A stretch of 64,000 bases of DNA from Cyanidioschyzon merolae. Lineage: Eukaryota. The DNA is taken from assembly GCA_000091205.1 (NCBI GenBank), contig AP006483.2. One strand, written 5' to 3'. This document shows positions 11,385-22,394 of this stretch, piece after piece. The translations under genes and the position numbers were made by a program. Below the pieces are notes generated by a model, which worked only from the letters and a program-made list of their open reading frames with translations, was not told the DNA's origin and ran no database searches. Position 1 is the stretch's first letter. Each line of letters begins with the position of its first letter.

Positions 11385-12691
11385 GTAGCAGACTAGATAC
11401 GGAGCCCTGAACTGCTCGCTCTGTTCCTGACTCTAGATGTTTCCAAACTCAACGTGCACCGGCTCGAGATTCAAAGTCCAGTAATAAGAGTTTACGAGTT
11501 TGGTAAATGGTCAAAGGCGTCACGGTCATTCTCACGAGGTGGCTGCATCGACTGTTCGCCGCTGGCATTCGTGACGATACCAGACTCAAGGTGATTCGCA
11601 AAGCACTCGAACCAGGGCTCGTACACCAATCGCTATGATTATCCGGTTCGTATGCAGAGGCCTCCAGGTTTTTCCTTTGCCCGTGTGGAGCAGGCGCCAA
11701 TGACGCATGCTGACAGTTTCCGATCTCTCTAGTTCAAGGGCACTTGTGGGCGCTGCGATTCGTGTCGCTCGATTCCCAGGGAAAGAAGCTCGACGTCGAC
11801 TCTGGAAAGCTCCCTCAGGACGCTACGTCGAACATTCACTGAACATGTCACCTAGAGTAAGTGATCATGGTCGAATATCAAATCACGCTCGGTTTCTCCG
11901 CTGTCGATGAAACTGCATTCGACAACAGCATGGTACCACGCATGAGAGACGTCTCCAGGGGCTCCCGTCTGTTCCGCTTTCACCGGGACAGGGCCATGGA
12001 CTCGGACCTGAGTCTACGCAGCGATCCCGATGTCAGTGGAGTGTGTGTCACCGCTCGCTACAGAGGGAGCGTACAAGGATCCAAGTCTCTGGACTTGCTC
12101 TGCTGCCTGGATATTCTCTTCGACACCTGTTTCATCGTATGAAGCATCGCGCTCCACAATTACTCTGTCGAATGGAATAGCGCGCGCTCAAGTGTCCAGC
12201 GGACAACGACATCGTCGACGGGATCCCTCAGCAGCGGAAACGGAGACGTCTATCGCGTGAAGCCCCCGATACCCGTCGGGGCCACCTAAGGAGCGGTGGA
12301 GCGAGTCCCGTCGCATCTCGAGGTCGTCTTCGAAGAAGGAGGTTTCGTGAGCATTCGAGGAGCTCCAATGACGGTCGAGTGCCACCAGTGCGAAGCGTGC
12401 ACAGATGCCGTGCTCAAACGAGACGAGAATGCCAAGCAAAGTGTGCATCGTAACTGGTGCACCTGCATGCAATGCGTCGACAACAGGCGGAAGCACCGAC
12501 ATTGGTCGTTGAACGCCGCTTTCGACACCCATCGACTGCTGATAACGAAGCTGAAGGAGCGTCGCAGACCAGCGTATGCAAAGCCAAATACAAGACAGAG
12601 GAGAACACAGCATTTGTGGAATAAAGGCCCCTTAAAGGCCACTGTTGGCACCCGAGCGGAACGAATCCCAATCGTTCGTGTGTACTCCCGA
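11385..12691. repeat. Inverted repeat copy B (~1307 bp); partner of 3918-5224
   Basis: Reverse-complement match to copy A along its whole length, with about 1-3% substitutions inferred from amino-acid differences in the paired ORFs. Confidence 0.85.
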
Positions 12692-13864
12692 GTTAACCAG
12701 GTACCCCGCTTCCATTTCCTTCCGACATGGGTTATTGTGACCTCGAGCTGTGACCAAGTGTACGGCACGATCGTGCTGACCATCGCGATACATTCACTTT
12801 CACATCGCTCGGGTATTCGTTTAGGACGACTGCATCCTCTCGCTGCATTGCAAACAGAGAGAATTGTTCTTTTGCTGCACATGTTTGCGCACACTGTTCA
12901 AGCACCCAGAAAGCGACTTCATCAGACGCTTTCCGCTGTTATACCCGGTGAGCAGTGGGAGCGGCTCTGCCGCAACGAAGGCGTCTACCCGGGGACACTA
13001 TCGCGGTACGAGCCTGCTCGCGTGAGTCTAGTTGGTACTCCGCGACCAACGGAACTGCATATCACGCCCAGAGCCGAGGACAGGGACTCTGCTTGGGTTA
13101 TCCTCCGCAAACCCGGCGATCGGGATGCAACGCAGTTCTACTCACGCGCGCTGGATGCGTCTACGCTGGCACAACAGGGCATGGTCTACGCCCAGGACGG
13201 CTCTTTCTGCTCGGGAAGCGTGTTGGTGCGCTCCGGGGAAGGTGGCCTCAGTGCGCTCATCGTTGAACAGAACATAAACCACTGGGAGTCGGGGCGTATC
13301 GCAGCAAGACGACGCGTCGTCGTACATTATAGGGGCCGGGAGCTCTCAGCGCTTTCGCTTTATCGCGAGCTGGACCAGAGTGACTATGTAAGTGAGCGAC
13401 CGAGAGCTAAGGATTTTGTTCGCTTGCTTGAAACAGGAACAGGAGCATGGCAAGGTCGAGCAGCGTACGTCTATGCCCGTGATCAGCGGAAGGATGCCCA
13501 CTTCAACACGGACGCCAGTTTGAGCATCGAGGAGCTTTCAATGGATGGTGTTGATGCTGGTGTTCCAGCGGTTGTTACGCGAGTCGCTGCACCCGGTTTC
13601 GAACGCGTCTCTCGGGGGCGCCTCGATGAGAGCCAGAACAAAATCGTTTTCGATCCTATTCATCCGAATCTGCAGTATCAGATGCGTTTTCTCGGGAGAG
13701 ATTGCACAGTATTAGCACCGCATGCCGTGCCGCTCGGTCAAGCGTTTCTCGTAGAATTCGCGTGGCTTGTTCGACCTGGTCTTCGAAGAAGAATCGTCAG
13801 GCAGTATGACTCCGATGGCATGTACGAGGGATCCGTCTTCATCGAGGAAATAAAGCAACCCTAG
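12296..13864 (+). CDS. Hypothetical protein with a Cys/His-rich N-terminus (CHQCEAC...C-x-C...C) plus a basic stretch; first ATG at ~12368; 522 aa from the GTG start
   Basis: Longest ORF in this region. The first 133 codons lie inside IR copy B and are duplicated (then truncated) in copy A as ORF 3666-4313(-). No recognisable family. The codon-1 'M' is GTG in the ORF track. Confidence 0.4.
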   Translation: MERVPSHLEVVFEEGGFVSIRGAPMTVECHQCEACTDAVLKRDENAKQSVHRNWCTCMQCVDNRRKHRHWSLNAAFDTHRLLITKLKERRRPAYAKPNTRQRRTQHLWNKGPLKATVGTRAERIPIVRVYSRVNQVPRFHFLPTWVIVTSSCDQVYGTIVLTIAIHSLSHRSGIRLGRLHPLAALQTERIVLLLHMFAHTVQAPRKRLHQTLSAVIPGEQWERLCRNEGVYPGTLSRYEPARVSLVGTPRPTELHITPRAEDRDSAWVILRKPGDRDATQFYSRALDASTLAQQGMVYAQDGSFCSGSVLVRSGEGGLSALIVEQNINHWESGRIAARRRVVVHYRGRELSALSLYRELDQSDYVSERPRAKDFVRLLETGTGAWQGRAAYVYARDQRKDAHFNTDASLSIEELSMDGVDAGVPAVVTRVAAPGFERVSRGRLDESQNKIVFDPIHPNLQYQMRFLGRDCTVLAPHAVPLGQAFLVEFAWLVRPGLRRRIVRQYDSDGMYEGSVFIEEIKQP

Positions 13865-15019
13865 TTGAATTCGGCATGGCGCGTTACGCGGGCTTGTAAC
13901 AGCAGACACCAGTCGCGTGCACGAGATGCGCACCAGCTTTTCGGCTGGACGTTTTGACGTACTTGACACGGTTTCAGGTCGTTTTCATCATTCATTTGCT
14001 GACGTGACGAGTGAGGGCTTCTCGGACATTGTAGCGGCTCATGGCTCTGGTGCACGGAGCACACGTACCCCGGAGCTCGGCCATGCTGCGTAACTGTGGC
14101 CGTTCGCGCGCCGACGCTTCGAGAATCAGGGTACTGCTGCCGACGAAGTTTCTCTGGTTCGGTGCGGATTCGACGAGTGGCGACCTCGGGGACGACACTC
14201 GGCCTGCTCAGCTTCATTAGAGACTGTCTTGAACACTTCGCATAGACCTGGAAGTTTTCCACATGGCGAATCACTTTCTACGCAGATACAGAGAAGCTTT
14301 TGCGCTGGATCTGGTGTCTCTGGCATGTTGCGGAAACCTTTTGCCGCACTCCACTGTAATTGATTTGGGCGTCCTTCCAAGATGCGTTTTCCGTGGTACC
14401 ATCATCGGTTCAGGGCCGCAATGCGAACCAGCTGAGAAGCAGGCACGAGAAATCCCTCAATATGCGCGCTGGCATAGCCTGTGTACTGTGCATCGTGCAG
14501 CAGCGGCTTTTGGACACAGTTCCAGGGAGCTCCTGCTCGGAGATGATGCTCCCAAACGCACACACTAGAGCTCGCACGAACGGCGCCATGGACAGCAAGA
14601 CAACCGATCGAATCACGGAGAAATAGGGTTGTTCACGAGGCACACCAACAGTCATTAAAGGGAGTCTTTCATCAAAGGTGGTCGAAACAGATTGTGCGCT
14701 GGTGTCCTGTCCTTGTCGTTCCCGCCCGCGCGATGCGACATTGACACCCCTGAGGCGTCCCGCTAGGTATCTAGTGCTTGTCCGCGCTGTATTTGAGATC
14801 AAGTTCCTCTCCTTGTGCTGTACAGTCTGAAATCGCGTTATCAGAGACAGTTAGAGATGAAAGTGCAGGAATCGAGCAATGCCGGGGGTCCCATAGCGTA
14901 GCTCCGTCCTGGTCATGCCTACGGTTGAGGAGCAGGCATCCAGGCAGCTGCCCTGTTACTTGTCGCATGCTTTATTGGTGTTACGCACGACGGGTGTTGC
15001 TACGCCCTCTTCCAACAAA

Positions 15020-15293
15020 CGACATTGCAAGCGTTTCATCGAGTAGACTCCTTGGATATGTGACGCTCCATGGCTGTGTTTCCATTGAACGACATTGCAA
15101 GCGTTTCATCGAGTAGACTCCTTGGATACGTGACGCTCCATGGCTGTGTTTCCATTGAACGACATTGCAAGCGTTTCATCGAGTAGACTCCTTGGATATG
15201 TGACGCTCCATGGCTGTGTTTCCATTGAACGACATTGCAAGCGTTTCATCGAGTAGACTCCTTGGATACGTGACGCTCCATGGCTGTGTTTCC
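15020..15293. repeat. Minisatellite: 70-bp unit x ~3.9 copies
   Basis: Unit cgacattgcaagcgtttcatcgagtagactccttggata[t/c]gtgacgctccatggctgtgtttccattgaa repeated head-to-tail, alternating T/C at one position. Confidence 0.9.
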
Positions 15294-16087
15294 AAGTGAG
15301 CCCGATCGCTAGAAGACTGCAGCGTGAAATGCCAAGCAGGGAGCCGCTCCTGGAGCGCTGGCTCTGGCTAATGTTCGAAAGCAGCTTTCGTCTACTGTTC
15401 GGAAGACTGCTTCGACGAGTGCTTGCACTCGCACTCCCACGCAATCGCTCTAAGCGAGTCAGCAGCCCAGAGAGGTGCCGGACCAGGGCCTAGAGCCCGC
15501 CTTTACACACGGAAAGAAGCGCTCCTAACAATTTGTTCTAGAAGGTGCTCCATGAGCACGTCGTTCTTCTACACGAAACCCCGGGTTGGCCGCTTTCGCG
15601 TTCATACAGGGCTTGAACGAGACTCGCGCCCTTGTACACGCGTAACGCGTCAGCTTCCGAGGAAACTTCTGCTCGATTCCAAGTCCTCACCTCGAGGCGT
15701 ATGCTAATCACGTGGGTAGTCTCGTTCGATGCGAAGAATCTCAACCGTCTCGTACCGAGAAGCACCGCTACAGAGTCGGTAACACTAGTCCAGTACGGAT
15801 CCATCCTGAACGCTTTTTACGCGTTGCGCCTGTTATTTTTTTGCTTGAGGGTTTTGGCTCGCAACTACTGTGTTTTCGACACGCTGGCCTGGGGAGCGAA
15901 GGTTGTGCTTGGTACCTGCACCCTGCCCGATATACAAGGCGATTGCAGCTGTGCGAGTCCTCGCAGGCGTAGAGTCTCCCGTCCATGCGACGGAAAGCGT
16001 GCCTCTACACCTGACTAGGTACTTGCGGGGAGTTTCGGAACAGCGTCGACGCCCGTGGACCCAGGTTAGGCGTCGTTCTGAAAAACC

Positions 16088-18775
16088 ATGATGCGGTATA
16101 GTGCTCCGCTGCGGTTGCAGCAAAGCTCGAACACATCCAAGCGTAAGAAAAGCGTGCTAGCGGGTCTGATCACGAGTCACCTCGGCAAACGAGGACTGGC
16201 TGTGATGTCGACGCGAAACGTGCTGCTGCTCACCACGGGCTCAGCACTTGCTAACGGATCCGCGGTTCTAGTACAAGCCCTGGACTCAAAAGCAGATACT
16301 GACGCCCTCACAGCGTCCTACTCGGCGTTGACGATAGGCGACGAGGCGAAAGCACCTAGCCAGGAGTTCAGCGCGCAACGATCGGTCTCTGTGTTGCTCT
16401 GGTTCGACGACAACGTCGCTCCGAATGCCCTGGTTGTAGACCCGGAAACCTATCGGCTCTTGAGCGGTCCCTCGACCGAGCGGGACGCTCCATGCCCGCC
16501 GCTAGCACGACTCGCCTACCTGGATGCAGGAGCGAAGCCATCGACATTATCCGTATCGGAACTGGCAGCGATCCCGACCGCTCGAAGCATCTACTGCACG
16601 ATGGAGGAGACAACGGCAGCGCTGCTGCGACAGCGAGTTGATCCTTCGGTCGACATACGCACCGAGCTCGTGCGACACATACGCTGGAGCGCCGCGGGTC
16701 GTCTGCTCTGCCAGGGCGGCTGGCTCGTTGGTGTACCTTTCATGGGCGTTCTCTTGAATATCTGCATTCGGGGCGTGAACATCCGGTTATCCCAGCGAAA
16801 TGCAGCAATGATTGCGGACAGCGACGCAGCAGGTGTCACTGGGGAGACTCGCGATGGTTTCCAGCTCGACGCGCGTACTCGTATCATGCTGCAGACGGAA
16901 CCGTTGCGGACGTGCTCTGTGGAGGGCGCTCCAGCGCTACACACAGAGCACGCTTGCATGGAACGGTCTTTGAACGGTAGCGCAGCGCATTCTCTTCCAG
17001 AAGCTCGCCTTGAAACAAGTACACACATGTTGTGGGACACACTCCCGGGCAACGCTGAGGCACGAGCAATACTCCTCCGCGCCGCTTTGGATCTCTTTCG
17101 TGATGCCGCCCGGGATCACGTATTCCGTATTGAGGGAATACTTTTATGTGGACCCAGCGGGATAGGAAAAACCACCTTAGGACAAGCGCTGGCACGCAAG
17201 TTGCCTGCCCACTTGGAACTGCTTCGTTGCGCAACGCTCGCGGGACTCGGAACGCGTCAGATCCGACACCGCTTCGAGGAGGCCATTGAGTTGGCCATCA
17301 TGGACGCGCCCAGTGTGCTACTTATCGATGACCTTGACGCCCTATTGATGCGTCGAGATGCGTTAGATGCATCCGAAGAGGTCGAACGCACAAACGCGAT
17401 GCTTCTGCGCTTTTTCATGGACCTCCGCTCACACGAAAAGCGTCTGGATATCCGGTTACCTGATGGATCAGGAGCGGTGCTGGTTGTTGCCACCGTTCGT
17501 GAACGCGCCAGTGTGGACCGCGTCCTTGGCTCGAGCGGCTTCTTTGGTCTAGAGGTAGCGCTGCGTATGCCGGATCATTCAGAGAGACTCGAAATCCTCC
17601 AGAACCTGACGAGCGGATCGTGTCCGGATGCCTCTGCCGTTCTTCCAGAGGTAGCTGAGCAGACACGAGGCTTCACAGCAGCCGACTTGACGGCGCTCTG
17701 GAGGCATGCGTCGTTTGCAGCATGGAGCCGACGCTCGGCAACGAATTCCGATGCAGACGCTGTAGATGCGTCGACCGGTGAAGCGCCGCACCCTAGCTCA
17801 GCTGACTGGCGAGAAGCGCTGGTCGTCACTCGACCCAGCTTCGCACCAGACTGGTCGTTGGAACGGCCTGTTACGCGCTGGTCCGATGTTGGTGGCCAAG
17901 CGTATGCCAAGCGCGTGCTGCAGGAGACCTTGGCGCTCCTGCAGGGCAGCGCGAAAGCACTGGAGGCACGCGGATTCCGCCTGCCCCGCGCCATCCTGTT
18001 GTACGGACCTCCGGGCTGCAGCAAAACGCTGCTCGCTCGTGCTGCCGCCGCTGAGAGTCGTCTACCCATGCTGATGGTCCGAGGCCCGGAACTCTTCAAC
18101 AAATACGTGGGCGAGAGCGAAAAGGCAGTGCAACGCGTATTCCAACGTGCTCGTGCCGCCGCTCCATCGTTGCTCTTCTTCGACGAAATTGACGCTCTGG
18201 CCACGAATCGTTCCCGAGCGGCTTCCGACGGATCCACGGGAGCAGAAGAGCGTGTTCTTGCGCAACTCTTAACGGAACTTGACGGTATTGATCCACTCCG
18301 CGATGTTGTGGTGCTCGCGGCAACCAATCGACCGGATCTTTTGGATGAGGCGCTTCTACGACCCGGTCGCTTCGACCGGTTGGTATACGTGGCATTACCG
18401 GAAACGGAGGAACGTGAGCATATCCTCGCGATTCATCTGGGGAAAGTGCCTCTCGCTATGTCAATGCAAACCTGTGGTTCAGATGCTTCGACCGCTGCTC
18501 CCGCAACATCTCGAGAGAGGCTCTGTGCGGAGCTCGCTGCTCGCACCGAAGGCTACAGTGGTGCCGAACTCGCTGCGCTTGTCCGAGAGGCATGCCTGCT
18601 GGCCATGGAGGAGAATCCAGCGAACGCCGACTGCATCCAGCCGTACCATCTGCTGGAGGCGCTGCAGCGTGTTCGCCCGCGAACAGACCCGAACCTGTTG
18701 CGTGTATATGAGCGCTTTCAGGCAACACCACGGGGTCAGCGCTCCTTGTCCAGACTGAAAGCATCCAGCAGATAG
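16088..18775 (+). CDS. Type II AAA+ ATPase, PEX1/PEX6-like (peroxisomal biogenesis factor family), 895 aa
   Basis: Two AAA modules. D1 has Walker A 'LLCGPSGIGKTT' but a degenerate Walker B 'VLLIDDLDAL'. D2 has canonical Walker A 'LLYGPPGCSKTLLA' and Walker B 'LLFFDEIDALA'. A degenerate D1 with a canonical D2 is the PEX1/PEX6 pattern. TAG stop. Confidence 0.65.
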   Translation: MMRYSAPLRLQQSSNTSKRKKSVLAGLITSHLGKRGLAVMSTRNVLLLTTGSALANGSAVLVQALDSKADTDALTASYSALTIGDEAKAPSQEFSAQRSVSVLLWFDDNVAPNALVVDPETYRLLSGPSTERDAPCPPLARLAYLDAGAKPSTLSVSELAAIPTARSIYCTMEETTAALLRQRVDPSVDIRTELVRHIRWSAAGRLLCQGGWLVGVPFMGVLLNICIRGVNIRLSQRNAAMIADSDAAGVTGETRDGFQLDARTRIMLQTEPLRTCSVEGAPALHTEHACMERSLNGSAAHSLPEARLETSTHMLWDTLPGNAEARAILLRAALDLFRDAARDHVFRIEGILLCGPSGIGKTTLGQALARKLPAHLELLRCATLAGLGTRQIRHRFEEAIELAIMDAPSVLLIDDLDALLMRRDALDASEEVERTNAMLLRFFMDLRSHEKRLDIRLPDGSGAVLVVATVRERASVDRVLGSSGFFGLEVALRMPDHSERLEILQNLTSGSCPDASAVLPEVAEQTRGFTAADLTALWRHASFAAWSRRSATNSDADAVDASTGEAPHPSSADWREALVVTRPSFAPDWSLERPVTRWSDVGGQAYAKRVLQETLALLQGSAKALEARGFRLPRAILLYGPPGCSKTLLARAAAAESRLPMLMVRGPELFNKYVGESEKAVQRVFQRARAAAPSLLFFDEIDALATNRSRAASDGSTGAEERVLAQLLTELDGIDPLRDVVVLAATNRPDLLDEALLRPGRFDRLVYVALPETEEREHILAIHLGKVPLAMSMQTCGSDASTAAPATSRERLCAELAARTEGYSGAELAALVREACLLAMEENPANADCIQPYHLLEALQRVRPRTDPNLLRVYERFQATPRGQRSLSRLKASSR

Positions 18776-21079
18776 GCGGAAACGCTCGCGCTGTACACCG
18801 TTGCAATCCTGTACCGCTTGCTGGGTCATGGTGGATCCGGCTTGGCGCCGGTATCATGCGCCAGAGGCAGCAACGCTGTGAATCCTATCCTCATTGGTTG
18901 CTGCTCCTCCGCATCGGGAGCGTCTGTTCAGATCCAAGGCCCCTAGCACCTCATCGATTGGAAATGCACCGTCCATATATTTATGAGCAAGTTTGCTGTA
19001 AGGGCGCTTTCTAGCCTACCGCCGAGAATTCCCGCTAGCCGTCCCTTGGAGCACCGTATCGTAGCGCTCACTACAGACTCGGCAACAGGGAGCAAGGTCA
19101 GTGCTCGTGGTAGCGGTTGAAGACGGCTGCGCTGTAGACGCTCGGCGAGCCTGCAGCGGTGGTTGAAGCATCTGCTGTTTAGGGTCGAGCGTGGACGGCC
19201 CCGAGTGCTGCTTGTCCTTGTGCAAAATCGCTCTGAACGAAGCGCTATTCGATAAAGATGGCGTTCTCTTTCCATGTATTCACTGGACGGCATCCTCGGG
19301 CGTACCATGTACAGATAATCTGGAATGACGCTGGTAGACGGCGTACTGACCTTGTTCCTGCCCGCTCGAATGATGCGCTGCAGACGTGAGCAGGTTTGCG
19401 TATGCTCCATGCGCCGTCACCGGATACGTTGCGTGCCCCGGATGACGCTTCGATACAGAGGATGTGGAGCGGGTAGCTACTCGCACCCGAGTGGAGCAAA
19501 CGTCAAGCAAGCTGGGACGCAAGCTGTTGTCTCTGCGCTTCGCCGTCATGCTTCCGCTACTGGATGCGCTGTGCGCGTGACCTACTGGCATGCGTTGGGC
19601 GGTGGTGTTCACACCAGTGGTGCATGCGTTCAGAGAAGCAGCACCCGCACGAATGCGTTGTCACCAGCGGACCCTATCTGAAAGGTACCACGGAAAAGCG
19701 TACGAGTACGTTGGTGCGATTTCTGTTGCAAGCATGAGGACGCTTCTGGTGCGTTCCGCACAGCGTGATCTGCGACGCTGCGAGCCGCTATTGGTATTAC
19801 CGACATGGAGCGCGCGCGCGCTCTCTTTCATTCACTCTCTGGATAGTCCGTGCCATGCCAGTGAACATCTTCACGATCACGTGAAAGCAAGTTGCACCGG
19901 CATCTGTGCAAGGTCTCCACGGGTGACGAGAATCGCTGACGCGGTTGTCGCTCGCTTGAATGCAGGATGTCTCGCACCAAACGCATATGTATGATGGCTG
20001 CATACAGAGAGCTACCTCTGGACAAGGAGCGCGTTCTCAAGACTGCTCGTCGCTTTCAATGCGCGCAGCCTACAGCGCCAACGACCGTAGATGGATGCCA
20101 TACTCGGATGGTGCTGCAGAGACTTGAACTGTGAGCACACGTCCTCGAGCTGCGTTTTTGTATCGGACACTCGGTAGCGGCTCTAGTGTAGCGTGTTATT
20201 GAATAGCATTTGCTGTCGTGTTCATGCATCAAAGCGAGCTAGTGCACGACCGATCTCGGTACCGTCTGCGCTGGCTTGCAGAAGCAGCGCCACGTGTGCG
20301 GCAGGCCCGCACTGTAGTTGCTCCGTTTCTCGAAAGGATCCCTGTTCATCATGATATTGCTGACGGCGGTATGATGGGTGCACGCGATGACCGGAAAGAG
20401 GGATGTTGGCGCGAACGCCTGAGGCATCGCGAAGACGCTGCGCTTCGTGAGCAGTCCATTGCACTGTGCACGCTCAAAAGATGCATTTCGCAGTGAGCCA
20501 ACGCGGCCCCTAAAACTCTATGGCCGCACTCAGTGGTTGCCACTGGCCTGACGCAAGCAACGACGCTGTTTGTCTGTACCGGTGTCACAGAGCGGAGCAG
20601 TGACGAGAGGCTATCCGCCGCGCCGTCGATGCAAGGGCGTGCGTTCGATGAGCATACATGAGGCAAAAAAGGGTTTTCTGCTCCCTGTCGAATGTGACGG
20701 TGAACGGTGCACCAGCGGTTTCATATTACTGGTGCTACCTTTATCACCGCGAAATGCAGCAAGTCACCTGTAGCATTCAACCGATATAGATTGCATGCAG
20801 AGCAGCGCGGCGAAAGCAGGGTTTCTCGCTGGATCCTGCGGTCGCGATGCACTCCTTGCGTGCCCCAAGTCACAGCCCAAGCATTTGGGATCCGTTTTCA
20901 CCAGGAACGCGCTCTGGTCCCATAGATGCACTCGTTTTTGAAAGTAGATGACCTCATCATCGTCGACACGACGAAACGAAACCGCACACCGGGGTACACG
21001 ACGTCGAAGGCCCTCGGTGGAGCGCGGAAGGCTCGTCCAGTGCGAGCCTCAACGTCACAGAATAGACTACTCATTGCTG

Positions 21080-21112
21080 TATAAAGATATATATTTTTGT
21101 ATTTATCATGCC
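21080..21112 (+). promoter_or_regulatory. AT-rich TATA-like element (ctgtataaagatatatatttttgtatttatc) about 150 bp upstream of the eS24 start codon
   Basis: Isolated AT-rich tract in otherwise GC-rich DNA immediately 5' of a highly expressed ribosomal protein gene. Positional inference only. Confidence 0.2.
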
Positions 21113-21255
21113 TGCGGAGGCGCCGCCGTCGGCGACCCGCGTCGACCGCTCCGCCACCCCGCTGGCATCCTCATTCGCATTCATTCCACACGCGACAAGT
21201 CGACTGTGCACAGGAGCGGTTCCCGCTTGGACAGGCTCTTCATTACTGTACCGTC

Positions 21256-21645
21256 ATGGATAAGGGGGCTGTGATCATACGCACGCGCAAGTTCATGCGC
21301 AACCCGCTCCTCCGTCGGCGGCAGTTTGTTGTGGAAATCCTGCATCCAGGGCGCGCCTGCGTCTCGAAGAACGAGACTGCGGAACGAATAGCCCAGATGT
21401 ATAACTGTGATCCCCAAAACGTTGTGCTGTTCGGGTTTCGGTACGCTTTTGGAGGCGGTAGAACCACTGGATTTGGGTTGATATACGACGACCTGGACTC
21501 GTTGCTCTCCATTGAACCGCGATATCGTCTTGTGCGGAAAGGTCTAGCCAAGGCGCGTGAGGGAAGTCGCAAGCAACGCAAGGAGCGCAAGAACCGAGCG
21601 TTACGTGCTCGCGGCAAGGTAAGAGCGAAAATTCTTTATGGATAA
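21256..21645 (+). CDS. RPS24: 40S ribosomal protein S24 (eS24)
   Basis: '[27 protein letters not shown]...[25 protein letters not shown]...[11 protein letters not shown]...[11 protein letters not shown]' aligns along its length with eukaryotic eS24. ATG at 21256 lies inside the longer track ORF 21097-21645. TAA stop. Confidence 0.9.
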   Translation: MDKGAVIIRTRKFMRNPLLRRRQFVVEILHPGRACVSKNETAERIAQMYNCDPQNVVLFGFRYAFGGGRTTGFGLIYDDLDSLLSIEPRYRLVRKGLAKAREGSRKQRKERKNRALRARGKVRAKILYG

Positions 21646-21807
21646 GAGCAAAATCAGCAGCAGTAGGTGAGACGCTCACGAGGAACCCTATACGACAGTT
21701 GCCGTTCCGCTGGTGACGAACTCAATTTCAGTACACCTCGATCGACATTGTCCGTCAAGGAACATAGAGAGAACGTGCTACCGCTATCGCCTATTGTTTT
21801 GACACTG

Positions 21808-22143
21808 TCAGAGACGAAACCCTGCGTCGTAAAGCTGCACGATAAACTTGCCAGTCATCCCAGCAGCGGCCACCGCTACAAGACCACTCGGAATAAACTT
21901 TTTGCTCCGCAAGTATCTACTGAGCATGCTAACAGTGAGCAACGCCGAGAGTACTGTTGCTATAACCGGTTTCTCGGGCTGCATGTTCGCGGCAACCGCG
22001 ATGCCGGTGCCAAAGCCCACGCCCGCTACCAGCGACGGTGTCGAGCGCTTCCGTACGTAGCCCGCGACGCCTGCGAGTGCCACCGCTATACCAAAACCTG
22101 TCGCGGGTTTATCGATTGCATCCCAGTCGAAGCGGTTGACCAT
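21808..22143 (-). CDS. TMEM14 family (UPF0136) small membrane protein, 111 aa
   Basis: About 110 aa with three to four Gly/Ala-rich transmembrane helices: 'GFGIAVALAGVAGYVRKRSTPSLVAGVGFGTGIAVAA...KFIPSGLVAVAAAGMTGKF'. This is the pattern of TMEM14A/C. Confidence 0.6.
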   Translation of the reverse strand: MVNRFDWDAIDKPATGFGIAVALAGVAGYVRKRSTPSLVAGVGFGTGIAVAANMQPEKPVIATVLSALLTVSMLSRYLRSKKFIPSGLVAVAAAGMTGKFIVQLYDAGFRL

Positions 22144-22394
22144 CCTGACCCCAGTGAATAGTCTCTGGTTTGTCCCCAGGGAAAGCAGAGCGTGCCGGAA
22201 GCGTTCCCAAGAAGTAACGGCACCTGCGCACCGCTACACTGTCTGTCTGTCTGCAGTAGCGACGCCCTGAGCGCCTGCCGTGGACGCCCGGCACACGACA
22301 GCCGGAACGAGTACGCCGCTCACAGGGCGAGTCCACGCCTTGTGCGTAAATGTTTGGTTACATCTAGATCCACTGCGAGGAAGCGTTTCCAATC

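Noticed and set aside
3918-12691. Inverted repeat as an assembly artefact
   Set aside because: The two arms differ by about 1-3% (multiple amino-acid substitutions between the twin ORFs), which is unexpected for a collapsed or duplicated assembly error. It still deserves long-read confirmation.
17575-18327. 250-aa antisense ORF inside the AAA ATPase gene (and similar antisense ORFs inside the GH31, SAC3 and WDR44 genes)
   Set aside because: High GC3 of the sense genes removes stop codons from the opposite strand. These ORFs have Arg/Ser/Ala-dominated composition and no homology.
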